The notes beneath the pieces were generated by a model. That model was not told where the DNA came from. It did no database searches and worked only from the letters and a program-made list of their open reading frames with translations. A program made the translations under genes and the position numbers. A stretch of 64,000 bases of DNA from Diplonema japonicum (Eukaryota; Protista; Euglenozoa: Diplonemea), in NCBI GenBank assembly GCA_964019335.1, contig OZ025670.1:372001-436000 (forward strand). Direction: 5' to 3'. Below are positions 1 through 12,127 of this stretch, piece after piece; the stretch's first letter is position 1; each line of letters begins with the position of its first letter.

Positions 1-281
1 CTGGCCCAGGTTGACTGCCATGCTGAAGGCGTGGACGAGCAGTGCAAGCAACCCCCTGTCTTAATGTTATGTCAAATCCTGGACTTCCTGGTTTTGGGGG
101 GTTTGGGAGTACCATCGGGAACCAGAAAATAAATAAAATTACGTATTCATGAATTAAAGTGGACTTTACTCTTTCCCTTGGCTGATAATCTGTTCCTCGG
201 AATCTGATTTTCACGAGCGAAGCGAGGGAAAATACCGCGGGAAATAAAGTCCACTTTATTTTTCATAAATCAATAGTTATT
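1..281 (+). mobile_element. 3' part of hairpin-ended non-autonomous element (family A), probably truncated by the window start
   Basis: Perfect 14-bp inverted repeat TAAAGTGGACTTTA (155-168) / TAAAGTCCACTTTA (245-258) around a central ATTTTCACGAGCGAAGCGAGGGAAAAT hairpin. Ends AATAGTTA-TT (272-281), like the elements at 29.1-33.1 kb. Confidence 0.6.
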
Positions 282-1339
282 AAAAAAAAAAAAAAAAAAC
301 TATGTTATTTGTTATGGTAGTTTGTTTGCCGTTCTTCTTTGGGGCAACAAGACCAAGGGTCTTCGGGCCTAGGTGCACTTGCCCCCCCCCCATTTTTTTC
401 CCCTCATTTCTTTACGCTTTTCTCTGTGTATTGCTGAAAAGAGAAGGGGAAAATATTTGTTTGGAGAGAAAATCTAAAAAGAGACGTATGCCTTTTGCTT
501 GGTAGATATACAAAAAAAAAAAAAGATTAAATGCGAAGGGGGTATTTTACGTTTCCTTGAAAGAACAAACCAGGGGGAAGGAAAGTTGCAATGAACGGTG
601 CTTTGCACTTTTCATTTTTTGTTGCCTCCCTTTTTTTTTTCTTAGGTAGTGATAGCACACGAAACAGAAAACTTGAAATAGGTTTTTTTTTATTTCTTGT
701 TCTTTTTTTCCGAAAAAAAAAAAAAGGTATCAAGTTTTAATTTTTTGTTCCCTTCTTTTTTTTTTTCCCCCTTCCTTCCTTTCTCTTGTCCCTTACCCTG
801 TATTACAGTCTGGATATCGGTCTCTCATCCCATTTACAAAATGGGGAGGGGGAAAAAAAATCAACTAACTCTTCTTTCTTTTTTTTTCTTCTTTTTTTTT
901 TTCCCTGCGCCAAGGAAAAAAAAAGTTTTAAAAAAAATAAATGAAAAGAAAGAAAAGAAAAAAAAAAGAGAAACTTACCCTGAAGACTGCTTTTTTTTTT
1001 TTATTCATGAATCAGCGGTGTTTTCTCTTATTCCCTCATTTTTCAAAAAAAAAAAACAATTTTTTTTATTTCAGCTTTTTTCTTCTTCTTTCCGTTTCTT
1101 ATTCTTTATTTTAAAGAAAGAAAAAAAAAAAAAAAAAAAAAAAAAAAACAGCAGATTCTATTAGAGAAAAATAATAAGAAAGGGAAATAGAAGGGTGTCA
1201 TAGGGAGAATGAAAGGGGGGAGAAGAAAAAAAAAATGCACCACTTTTTTCTTCTTCTTTTTCCTATTTTGTCTCCTTTTTTTAAAAGTTTTCTTAATTCC
1301 CCCCCTTCCCCTCCTTCTTCTTTTTTTTTACTTCCCTCT

Positions 1340-1380
<41 letters not shown>

Positions 1381-1709
1381 CGGATTTCTAATGTGAAGCC
1401 ATGCTTTGGGAACCCTGAGAAATTCCACAAGGGAAGGAATGCAATTAAGTCAAGTTTTATTTGTGCTATTTTTTTTTTTCTTTAATTTCTTTTATCTTTT
1501 TGATGCATTTGGCTGAAAAGTACTATACAAAATGAAGCGGCCTTTTCTAAGGGAAAAGTACCTCTTTAAAAAAAAGAAAAAAAAAAAGAAAAACGGCTTC
1601 TAATTAGAAATCCGAAAGGGTAAATCATTTAAAGAATGTTTTTTTTTCTTTCTCCCCCTCCCCCTTCTAATTTCACATTGTTCACAAAAGAAAGGGAGAG
1701 GGGAATAAA

Positions 1710-3005
1710 ATGTGTCAGCTATTCGGCTTTACGTTTATCCTCACTGTGGCTGCTCTGAGCTACGTGATGAACATGTGCCCTGAGGTTCTGTATCCCGACA
1801 CGGAAGAACCCACAGGGAAGGGCTTGGAACTGATCCCGGGCGGTGTGGAGGGGTACCTCAAGGTTCAGGAAGAGGCCCCCGTGAGCGTGTACGACGAAGA
1901 GGCCAAACGGTACAACTTCGGGAGGTTCAAGAAACCGTTCAAGAACGCCGCCACCCACAAACTGAACCCTGCACAGTACCTCACACAACACAAGGAATGG
2001 CACTGGACTGCCCTGTTCGCACAGGACGCCATCATCGGTGTGGCAACCCTGCAGTTCGGGTACGTATCTCACGCGGTATGGGAAAAAAAAAAAAAACAAA
2101 AAAGAAAAAGAAAGAAGAAAAAAAAATCTGTAGATCGCGTACCACTACAACGTGACGACAGATGAGTTTGAGAAGCAGAAGACGGAGATCCTTCTTGCAG
2201 GCCTGCCCCTCGGTGCCAAGCATTTCACGGAGGATGGTGCTCCTTCTTCAGTTGTCAATGGCTGCTCGAAGTTCAACTTCATGAGCGAGATGTCTCAGTG
2301 CTACGTGCCTGACACATCTGCCGCTGTCGTTTCTGTCAACACCACCTTCCCCTCGGGACGGTTTGAAATGGAGTATGAAATGGATCTCAGCAGCGATGAG
2401 TCCTTGAACTTCGTGTACCCCATTGGGAAGAACAGACCTTCCATTGTCTCCAAGATGAGCGGTACCCCCGCCAAGGGTTGGTTCAAGAGGGAGGCAGACA
2501 CCGTCCCAACACACATCACCGGGCTTGGGATGATCGACTGGACACGTTCCCTTGCTGCACGCTACACTGTTTGGAACTGGGCTGCCTTTTCCTTCGTCGA
2601 CGCCAAGACGTCCTCCCGAGTTGGGATCCAACTGTCTGCTGGTGTGTACGAGGACCCCGAAGGGAGGGGTGTGGAGAGTGTGTTGAATATCGATGGGAAG
2701 ATGACAGCCATCGACAAGAAGTTCATCTTCACAAAGCCCACCGAAGAAAGGCTTCTGATCGACACCTGGAAGGTTGCATCTGAGGATGGTGACATTCAAT
2801 ACACATTCACCCCCAGGGAAAGGTTTGCAAACAAAAAAGAAAATACCCTCCACACAGTGTTGGTGGTGCCTTTCATCTTTACATCCTTGACGGTAACCTG
2901 CAGCACATGGTGGGCACTGCCACTGGGACGATCACCCATAAGGGGGTTACGTACGAGTTTAAGAAGATCCCTGCTGTTCTAGAGGAGCATGTTGCGCTGT
3001 GGTAG
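1710..3005 (+). CDS. DUF2804-like protein with N-terminal hydrophobic signal, copy 1; exons 1710-2075, 2134-2822, 2858-3005
   Basis: Removing GT-AG introns 2076-2133 and 2823-2857 joins three ORF pieces in frame. Motifs KEWH, DWTR..ARYTVWNWA, W..ASEDG....FTP and C-terminal EEHVALW match my recollection of DUF2804. Confidence 0.75.
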
Positions 3006-3938
3006 AACAGTGGCAACAATGAAGTGAAGGGAAAGAGAGAGGGGGGGAAAGAGTTTTCAAAGATTTTTTGTCAAACGGCATTCTCACCGGGGATGTTTTC
3101 CAGGAAGTATATTCGAGTCAAAAAAAAAAAAAAAAAAAGATTTTCATTGTTTTTTTTTTCTTCTTTTTTTTTCGCCTCTTTAAAAAGAAGAAGAAAGAAA
3201 GAAAAAGAAGAGAGAATTGAAGAGGCGCAGTCCAACCCTCTCCTCCTTCCCCCTTTCGGTCTTGTAGGGTGAGCAATGCCCCCTTTTCCCACCTCATTGT
3301 GAGTAGGGTATTTTACCCTTTTTTCTTCTTCTTTTTTTTTTCTCTCGCTTCCCCTATAATCGCTTTGTGTTTTCGCGCGTGTGACGATTGTGGGGAGTAC
3401 ATTTTGTTATGGCAAAAGAAATGGGGGGGGGGGGGGATCTCTGTACACCTAACCAGCATCTCCTAAAGGACCGCAGTTTATTACATCAAGAACAGCCGCT
3501 GAGGGGCACCCTCGTTGTGAACGTTTTGAACTTCTTAAATAGGAATGGACGGAAGAAAAAAAAAAAAAAAGGGAAAAGAAAAAAGAGCGTTTGGTACTTT
3601 TAAGATAGAAAAAATGATTAGGTTTTTTTTTTCTTTTTTTCTTTTTTTCTTTTTTTCTTTTTTTCTTTTTTTCTTTTTTTCTTTTTTTCTTTTTTTCTTT
3701 TTTTTTTTTTTTTTTTTTTGAATGTCTTAGAAGACAAGATTTTTTTTTTTCTCCATGTGTTTCAAATGAAAAAAAAAAAAAGAAATCTGCTTCTCCATTC
3801 TTCACAACGTCGGCCACCTTTGCCGTCCGCCTCCTCCGCGCGTCGTCCTGACGACCCCTTTCCCTACTATGTGCCCGAAATAACTATTCACCAAGGGGAA
3901 GGGGCTAACAAAATCGAAGGGAGGAAAAAAAAAAAGAA

Positions 3939-5228
3939 ATGTGTCAGTTATTCGGCTTCACGATCGTAGCAACTGTGGCTGCTCTGAGCTACGTGATGAA
4001 CATGTGCCCTGAGGTTCTGTATCCCGACACGGAAGAACCCGTTGGGAAGGGCTTGGAACTGATCCCGGGCGGTGTGGAGGGGTACCTCAAGGTTCAGGAA
4101 GAGGCCCCCGTGAGCGTGTACGACGAAGAGGCCAAACGGTACAACTTCGGGAGGTTCAAGAAACCGTTCAAGAACGCCGCCACCCACAAACTGAACCCTG
4201 CACAGTACCTCACACAACACAAGGAATGGCACTGGACTGCCCTGTACGCACAGGACGCCATCATCGGTGTGGCAACCCTGCAGTTCGGGTACGCATCTCA
4301 CGCGGTATGGGGAAAAAAAAAAAGAAGGAAAAAAAAAATCTGTAGATCGCGTACCACTACAACGTGACGACAGATGAGTTTGAGAAGCAGAAGACGGAGA
4401 TCCTTCTTGCAGGCCTGCCCCTCGGTGCCAAGCATTTCACGGAGGATGGTGCTCCTTCTTCAGTTGTCAATGGCTGCTCGAAGTTCAACTTCATGAGCGA
4501 GATGTCTCAGTGCTACGTGCCTGACACATCTGCCGCTGTCGTTTCTGTCAACACCACCTTCCCCTCGGGACGGTTTGAAATGGAGTATGAATTGGATCTC
4601 AGCAGCGATGAGTCCTTGAACTTCGTGTACCCCATTGGGAAGAACAGACCTTCCATTGTCTCCAAGATGAGCGGTGCCCCTGCGAAGGGTTGGTTCAAGA
4701 GGGAGGCAGACACCGTCCCAACACACATCACCGGGCTTGGGATGATCGACTGGACACGTTCCCTTGCTGCACGCTACACTGTTTGGAACTGGGCTGCCTT
4801 TTCCTTCGTCGACGCCAAGACGTCCTCCCGAGTTGGGATCCAACTGTCTGCTGGTGTGTACGAGGACCCCGAAGGGAGGGGTGTGGAGAGTGTGTTGGTT
4901 CTCGATGGGAAGATGACAGCCATCGACAAGAAGTTCATCTTCACAAAGCCCGTCGAAAAAGAAAGGCTTCTGATCGACACCTGGAAGGTTGCATCTGAGG
5001 ATGGTGACATCCAATACACATTCACCCCCAGGGAAAGGTTTGCAAACAAAAAAAAAAAAAAAGAAATACCCTCCATACAGTGTTGGTGGTGCCTTAAATT
5101 TCTACATCCTTAACGGTAACCTGCAGCACATGGTGGGCACTGCCACTGGGACGATCACCCATAAGGGGGTTACGTACGAGTTTAAGAAGGTCCCTGCTGT
5201 TCTTGAGGAGCATGAAGCACTGTGGTAG
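3939..5228 (+). CDS. DUF2804-like protein, copy 2; exons 3939-4304, 4346-5037, 5081-5228
   Basis: Near-identical paralog of 1710-3005 with introns at the same positions (4305-4345, 5038-5080). Ends EEHEALW*. Confidence 0.75.
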
Positions 5229-6062
5229 AACAGCGAAGGGGAAAGAAGCAAAAGAAGAGAGAAGGAATTCATCGAAGAACAAAAAGAGGGGGGGGGGGGG
5301 GGGGGGGGGTCGGTGGTATTGTCAGTAGTTATGTCCTCTTACGCCCCACCAGCGTTCTAGGGCAGTGGCTGAAAACAAAACAAAAGGAAATTATTGTGGC
5401 GGTCTAGAAGTTTGTATGCTCAAGTGAATATTGCTTAACAATTGTTATGCGTACCAGGGCTCTTTTCGCTTCGCTCAAGGAGGTCTCTTTTCTTTTTTTT
5501 CTTTGAGGAGAAAAAAGAAACAGAAATGGAGATAAATTCCCTACACCCCCAAAAAGCAAAGGACGATTTTTTTTTTTCCCTCTCTCTTTTTACATTTTTG
5601 GACAGGGAAGTGCAACAGAAGGAGATGTCCATTTCTCATCTTCATCTTCAAGATCCTTTTTTTTTTCTTGGGAGGGGGGAGAAAGGAATGAAGTAAAAAG
5701 CAAAAAAAAAAGGGGGCGAAGTGTCCCCCAGGTCTATTTATGTTATTTTCTTCTCTCCTCCCCCCCTTTTTTAAATCTCTTTTTTTTCCCTCCACTTATG
5801 TAACAGAAAACTAAGGGCCGGTGGGTAGAATAGCCAAGAGAAAAAGGGGAGGGTCAACTTTTTGACAGCTTCCTTGCCAAAGTTCTCTTCATCATCCTTA
5901 GGCTCGCTTTTGTTTCTGAGCAAGGAGTGGGTAAGACTTCCTTTCCTGAATATTTCCTTCCCTCGCCTTTCTTCAAAGGATTTCTTTTTTTTTTTTTTGT
6001 TACAAGCTAAGCAGCACGCTCACCAGTAACCCAGTAACCCCCTCAGTACCCCATGTATCAAC

Positions 6063-8642
6063 ATGACATCGAGAATCCCGTCATTCGTGTTTCCAGGACC
6101 GGATGCAAGTGATGTTGACTTGGAAGGCTCGAGAAGTTTACGGAAGAAGTCCTCTTTACGTACAGTGTTGGATGGCTCCTTGAACAGGAGCAGGTCATCC
6201 GTAAGGAAGACATCGTTTGCTGAACCAGCTGAAGCTTCTATCGGTTATGCTGATGCACGGAAGCTAGCCAGCATCACATTGGAGAATGAAAGAAAACTGA
6301 CAAGGAGGAACATGGCGAGCAAAGTAAGAGAACATCAAGACCAGGAGAAGCGAGACCGCTTGGCAGAGGAAGTGGCACGTGAAAAGCAATGGGTGGTGAT
6401 CCTATCTGTTGTACAATACGCGCGGTACGTGTTGACCACCTCGAGACAGGAACAGTCGCAGAATGTGTTATCGAAGCTTCTCGTACCCATTGTGAAGTTG
6501 AAACTGTGCATACAAAGAAGGCTACGCAACGCTCTGATAAAGGGTGTGCGGAACCGCGAGCGTCCTGACCCGAAAACCGTGCAGCAGTCCAGCGACATCT
6601 TCCGGGCATGGGACCTTGAGGCTGTCGAATACCTCGTCAACACCTTCACACAAACAGTACGAGACGCCGACAGTATCGTTGTCTACCAGAATTCACCTGC
6701 AAAAACTATTTGTTACATTGCAGAAGGACGTCTTCTCGCGCTGTCCAAACGTGCTGCAGAACGCCGCCGTGGTAGCATTGCCCAGCACATTCTCACTGAA
6801 GGCTCTTGGGTTGGTCTTGAGGAGCTTCTTTCAAACGGCCTTCACCTCTACACCATCATCACGCTGAAACCTACGCTCCTTTGGGTGGCCACTCAAGAGA
6901 GCGTAACCGCAGCCCTTCAATTGATGGACTACAACGTGAGCGTCAGGGATAAGACAAAAAACTGTATCACACGAAAGCTCACAACACACATGTCGTCTGA
7001 GAGCCCCTTGTCGGCTGACATCCTTGTCACGCACTTCCCCAATGTCTTCTCGTCATGGTCTGCGGCTACTCTCTCTGACCTTGTTAGTACTTTCCAGCCG
7101 AAAATGTTCTCCCCCGGAGAAATTATACAGAAGGAGGGCACGCGGCCCCGCCTGTCGATCCTCACCCAAGGCAAGGTTGCCATGGCAACAAAGCAACTCC
7201 TGATACATCCTGTGGAAACACCGAAGCCGTCGCACTACCAGCCCATGGCGTGCACCTTCAGCGACGCCACCCAAAACTACTGCAGAGAAGGGCCGTGCCT
7301 CATCGGCGTCGAATGTTTCCTAGGCGTTCCTCTGAAGAGCACCGTGGTGGCGCAGACCTTTGTAGAGGCGTGGGTGGTGGATGCAAGCAGTATTGCGGGG
7401 GTCCTTCTAACAGATCCTGCAACTGCGCTGGAAATGAAGACGGCAGCATGCAGCGTTCTGCAAGACTTCAACACAAAGCTGACAGTACCGTTCCTGCAGA
7501 TGGCGTTCAGACGACATGCCAACAGCATGCAGTGGTACACAAAAGAGGCCACGGCACTCCTGAAAGAAGCACAACCGCTCTTAATCCCAGAAACACACAC
7601 GCTGGTACAATGGGGAGAACAGGCAACGGGTGTGTACTTCATAACAAAAGGCAGGAGTGTAAGGACATCCGAGTCGGGCGAGATTCAAATGACGGCAGGG
7701 GCTGTGTTCGGTCTGCAGTACGAGGCAGTTCTTGGGTGCCCTTGGACGTACACGGTGAAGGCAGTAACCGAGGTAGAGGCGTGGTTCATCCCAAGGCATC
7801 TGTTGGCGCGGTTCTTGGAATGCCAGCCACCGAAGGCCAACAAGGCGGTGCGCAGGTCGATGGAGGAACGGTACATCGTCATTCACGGAACACACCGAAA
7901 CAGCATCCCCGTGCAGCAAAGCCAACCAAACGAGGTACAGGAAAGACCTAAGGAGATTTCACCGTTTGTCAAACAAATGCTTCGAGAATGGGCGAAAAGG
8001 GCCCGACGGGTGTGCTTAAAGGACCCTCTACCGGCAGACTTATCATTCTCAAGGAAGAAATCGAACTTGAACAGGGAGCTGGGAAAACGGAAAAGCACCA
8101 TGATGACACTACAGAGGATACCTACCATGGTCAGAAAGGGGACAGGGATTAGATTTTTTGAGACAGAAAAACCAAAGATTGATATGTGGAGCGCAGGGCG
8201 TGCGTTGGAAGAGGCAAGAGAGATTGTTAGAAAACTGAAATCAGAGGCGGTACCAGTTCAGTCTCCCGTTATTCAGGCTCCCCAAACGGTGGTGGTGAAG
8301 AAGGACCGGAGGGCACAACGTCAGCAACCGCAACAAAAATCGAGCAAAAAGGGGGAAAAGGAAGAAGCTGTGTACTCTTGTGAAGATTCAACAAGCATAT
8401 CACTTCCTTTCCTTACGGGCCGACTCACGAACCCAGCTCCCAAAAGGAACAAAACACTATCTATTCGCCTCCCCCGAAAGGTTTCAACTCACGAGTACCT
8501 TAGGACAAGGCATCTTCCTACGCCCCCCCCTGCTAGTTACAGGCCGCTGCCCTACTTCTCTTCCAGCCGCATACACTCTAGATGCGAGAGCACTAACTTG
8601 AAAAAATATGTTGAGAGGACTTTACCAAGTCTTGTGGAGTGA
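6063..8642 (+). CDS. Protein with three degenerate cyclic-nucleotide-binding (CAP-like) domains
   Basis: 859-aa intronless ORF with repeated cNMP-fold patterns (IVVYQNSPAKTICYIAEG, GEIIQKEG...ILTQGKV, LVQWGEQATGVYFITKG...GAVFG...TVKAVTEVEAW). Confidence 0.7.
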   Translation: MTSRIPSFVFPGPDASDVDLEGSRSLRKKSSLRTVLDGSLNRSRSSVRKTSFAEPAEASIGYADARKLASITLENERKLTRRNMASKVREHQDQEKRDRLAEEVAREKQWVVILSVVQYARYVLTTSRQEQSQNVLSKLLVPIVKLKLCIQRRLRNALIKGVRNRERPDPKTVQQSSDIFRAWDLEAVEYLVNTFTQTVRDADSIVVYQNSPAKTICYIAEGRLLALSKRAAERRRGSIAQHILTEGSWVGLEELLSNGLHLYTIITLKPTLLWVATQESVTAALQLMDYNVSVRDKTKNCITRKLTTHMSSESPLSADILVTHFPNVFSSWSAATLSDLVSTFQPKMFSPGEIIQKEGTRPRLSILTQGKVAMATKQLLIHPVETPKPSHYQPMACTFSDATQNYCREGPCLIGVECFLGVPLKSTVVAQTFVEAWVVDASSIAGVLLTDPATALEMKTAACSVLQDFNTKLTVPFLQMAFRRHANSMQWYTKEATALLKEAQPLLIPETHTLVQWGEQATGVYFITKGRSVRTSESGEIQMTAGAVFGLQYEAVLGCPWTYTVKAVTEVEAWFIPRHLLARFLECQPPKANKAVRRSMEERYIVIHGTHRNSIPVQQSQPNEVQERPKEISPFVKQMLREWAKRARRVCLKDPLPADLSFSRKKSNLNRELGKRKSTMMTLQRIPTMVRKGTGIRFFETEKPKIDMWSAGRALEEAREIVRKLKSEAVPVQSPVIQAPQTVVVKKDRRAQRQQPQQKSSKKGEKEEAVYSCEDSTSISLPFLTGRLTNPAPKRNKTLSIRLPRKVSTHEYLRTRHLPTPPPASYRPLPYFSSSRIHSRCESTNLKKYVERTLPSLVE

Positions 8643-8920
8643 TCCCCCCCCCCCTTTTTTTTCCCCCACTAAATGAAATGTTTTCACAGGAAGTTGGGCA
8701 ATACATTCCAAGAAAGAAAGAAAAAAAAAAAAAAAAAAGAAAGCATACACTTTTTTTTTTTTTTTTTAGAGAAAAAAAAAAGAGAGAAAAAGGGGAGGAA
8801 CAAATAAAGAAGGAAAACAAAGAAAAGGGGAAGGTCGGCAAAATCAAAGTCCAAGCCAGGTACGCGTCTCAGAAAATCGACACAAATATCAACCCGAATC
8901 ATATTGTAATAACAGATGAG

Positions 8921-11897
8921 ATGAGTCTTCGGGGGAAAAAACCTGGTAATTTGAGGAACCTGAGGCTCGGGACTGGTTTGGCGTTGTTGGGGTGTGCATT
9001 GCTGACTGGTGTTTTGTACCGAGATGCGACCGACGGGAGTGAGCAAGGGATTTCAGCGAGAGATGTTTCAAGCGGATCAAAAAAAGACACAATTGGGGCA
9101 AAGGAAGGCGAGGTCACACTGAAAAAAGAAGAAGACGAACAACTCAAAAAAATCCAGCAGGAGATGCGGGAAAGATTCACGGCCCGGCTCGTGAGAGAGA
9201 AGAAGAAGACCGACAAGGTTTCCAACACCTGCTCCTACCAGCGCCCTGCCTACCGGCTCACCACCGACGGGAGAAAATGCATTCTTCCATTCCAAGTCTA
9301 CGAGACTTGGAAAACCGATTGTGACATCGGTCTTTGCGCTGTTCGTGTCGATGCGCTCAGCCGCGCACTTGAAATGGCAAATTGTTCATCTTCCTCATAC
9401 ACCCACGGCCCCCTTCAGTGCACTGGTGTCACTGAAGTCTCTTCCTGCACCTCTACCGACACCTTGAACACCGCAGCTTGCGACTACGTTCTTGGCGGTA
9501 AATCAATCCAAGGCACCTGCCACTGCAGTGGCACACACGACGGTCGTTCGTACGAAGTTCACAAGGTCATCAACTGCGAAACATCGCACATTGCAACCTG
9601 CAGCGATATTTGCAACACTCTTCAGGAGGATGCCATGTATGGGGATTTTTTTTTTTTTTTTTTTTATAAAGGGAAAAAAAAAAAAAAAAAAAAAAAAAAG
9701 GTCGTCTGGTCAGTCAACTGCAAAGTCGACAGAGGACCCCGAGCTGGTCGGAAAGCTCGCGACTCTTGCGCTCAACAACAAGCCCGTCTCGAACACAGAC
9801 GTCAATGCGTGGGTCGGGTTCGCCGAGGGCATCCCGAAGCTGGAGAATTACACCAGCCAGTGGTGTGGGAAGGGCATTGCCATGTATGATATTCAAAAAA
9901 AAAAAACCCTATTTTCACCTCCACCACAGCATGGCGGGTTCAGTAAACACGCTGCCGCAGGCTCTAGCCACTGTCTCGTACCTGAGAGGACACTTCCATT
10001 CCACTGTACCTGTCGAGGTGTGCAGGAAAAAACAACAACCCCCCAAAAAAAATAGATCTGGCAAACGAAGGACGAGGAGTCCACGTTCTCACCGGAGTTC
10101 CAGCGTGCGCTGTCGCAGCTGACGGTGACGATCAGGACGATCCCTGAAGAGGCGAAGTCGTCAACCACAAAGTATGCAAGCCGATGGAGTCCTTCCGCAC
10201 ACAACACACAGCGAGATGTTTGCCCTGAAGCCTGCCGTGGTGCTGGCCTCCTCGTTCGACACAGTGCTGCTGCTCGACGCTGACTCGGTATGCAAGAACA
10301 TCAATCAATCCAACACGTGTACAGCTCCCGCTTGTCGACCCCGTGCAGATCTTCAACATGCGCACGCCGAACGTGTCTGGGGTGTTCTGGCCCGACTACT
10401 GGACCCTTCTTTGGGACGCGAAGATTTGGGACTCCATCGGTGGATGGCCTTTTGGTGACCAAAGGTACGTCCCGTCCCAAGACAGTGGCCTCATGGTGGT
10501 CTGCAAGTCATGTGGTGGCTGGAAACCGTTGGCTTTGGCCTTTTACTTCAACTTCTTCAACGATGTCTACTACACTGCCATCTACAACGGGCATTGGCAA
10601 GAGAAACAATGCAGGGGTGGCCAGTGCACACGTGGCCACGACGTGCCTGGTGTGGGTGACAAGGACACTTTCCAAGTAGCCTGGTTGGCCTTCAAGGAAC
10701 CTTTCACCATGTTGGGCCCTGCTTCTATTGGTGGTACCATGCTGCCTAAGAGGCGGTTGGTATGCGAAAAGGGGGCGGGAGAAAAAAAAAAAATTATATT
10801 CTTCAGATCTGTGGGAGTTCGTTTATCCATCGTAACCAGAACCATGAGGCCATCGCGCTGCATCACAACAGCAACAAGTGGTGGTGGAGGGACTTCGTGG
10901 CTGGGAGGTGGACGCATTGGCATACAGGTCTCCTGCTGACTCATGTGACCAGCTTCATGAACGAGTCAGCGGCCTACTTTGCTGATGGCATGAACGTATG
11001 TCATGGGGGGGGGAATGATTCTTTATGATTATGTCTTTGTTGTTCGCCTGGCGCGGAGGCGGGGAGGTAGTACCCCTCTCTCCACCCGCTTTGGCAGTCT
11101 TCGGCGGCAGTTTACTTTTTGCTTGTTGTTCGCATTTTTTGAAAGATTTGTCAATGCTTTTTTTTCGAAAAATGCTGGGAAGTTGAGTTACCAAATCAAG
11201 TGTGTGAAGAGTTCTGAGTCAAATTAGGGCTGGTGAGACACCACCAGGTGTTTGCAGTCCCTTGTTCCGACAATACCACTAGGGCGGAGGAAAAGTTTCC
11301 TAGCGTTCCACCGAAGTGCTTCCCTCTTCACAATTCTTAAACGCTCCTTCGACCTTCTCACAGGCGAATAATATTTGTAACAAAAAAAAAAAAAAAAAAA
11401 TCAGGACTGGCGGTCGATCACGTATTCTACAAGGTACGACGCTGGGAGGCAGCAGCCTCCTCCTGGGTCACGATGGTGCATTGTGTACAAGGGCCAGCTT
11501 AAGACATCGAGAGTGCCCGAGGATGTTGGGTATGCGAAATTTAAAAAAAAAAAGTAAAAAAAAATAAAAAATAAAAAGTTGGGACATTGAACGCGTATTG
11601 GTTGAATACTACACAAAGCTGTACAGCACCCCTTGGATGGTGGAATGGGCCACCTTGGCTTCTGGCGGAACCGGGCTCGTTACCTGTGTGAAGCAAGCAC
11701 AGTGGCAAACTGTATCTTGGTTGGAAAAAGCATCTGATGAAGACGTACGGAATACAGTTATTTCTCACCTCACTGATCTTGGGCTTGGAAAGGTTCCTTA
11801 TCTGCAATCTCACTCTGATTCTAGCCTGGTGAGGCTGTGCCAACATGCATTGACATTGAAGCCACAAAAAGATGTGGGAAGTAGTAACGACGATTAG
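8921..11897 (+). CDS. GT71 (MNN2/Mannosyl_trans3-like) type II membrane glycosyltransferase, 9 exons
   Basis: Introns 9637-9700, 9884-9929, 10018-10055, 10172-10211, 10288-10324, 10760-10806, 10996-11404 and 11530-11578 give one continuous frame. N-terminal TM helix; motifs GIAI, PVEIW, SSFDTVLLLDAD, FWPDYW, QDSG, GDKDTF..AW. Confidence 0.85.
11038..11373 (+). ncRNA. Candidate structured RNA inside the 409-nt intron of the GT71 gene (family unknown)
   Basis: Closing stem TGTTGTTCGCCTG/CAGGCGAATAATA (13 bp, 2 G-U). Inner stems GCATTTTTTGAAAGA/TTTTTCGAAAAATGC, TGTGAAGAG/CTCTTCACA, CTGGTG/CACCAG, CTAGG/CCTAG. Confidence 0.45.
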
Positions 11898-12094
11898 TCA
11901 TGGTGGGAAATAAGGAGAAAAAAATAAGGGGCAGGTGCAAAAAAAAATACAATGAGGCATCACTTCGCTTAGGGTAAATTTAAAAAAATTACTATTAAGG
12001 GGGGGGTAGAAAAAATTGTTTGAGATTTTTCTCTTTTTTTTCTTTTGATCAAAAAAAAAGAAAACTAACTTTTCAAGTATTCTCTTATCAGACC

Positions 12095-12127
<33 letters not shown>

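Noticed and set aside
302-1428. Poly-Phe/poly-Lys ORFs here and throughout the spacers (e.g. 12-16 kb, 30-34 kb, 45-51 kb)
   Set aside because: They are translations of A/T homopolymer runs with no domain signal.
11170-11360. RNase P/MRP identity for the intronic RNA (GGGAAGTTGAG, GAGGAAAAGT)
   Set aside because: No CR-V element or P4 pseudoknot; these words fall in nested stems or loops.
11355-11367. 13-nt identity TTCTCACAGGCGA with the tRNA-Leu leader junction, and three copies of TGTTGTTCGC
   Set aside because: Matches of this length are expected by chance among all position pairs in 64 kb.
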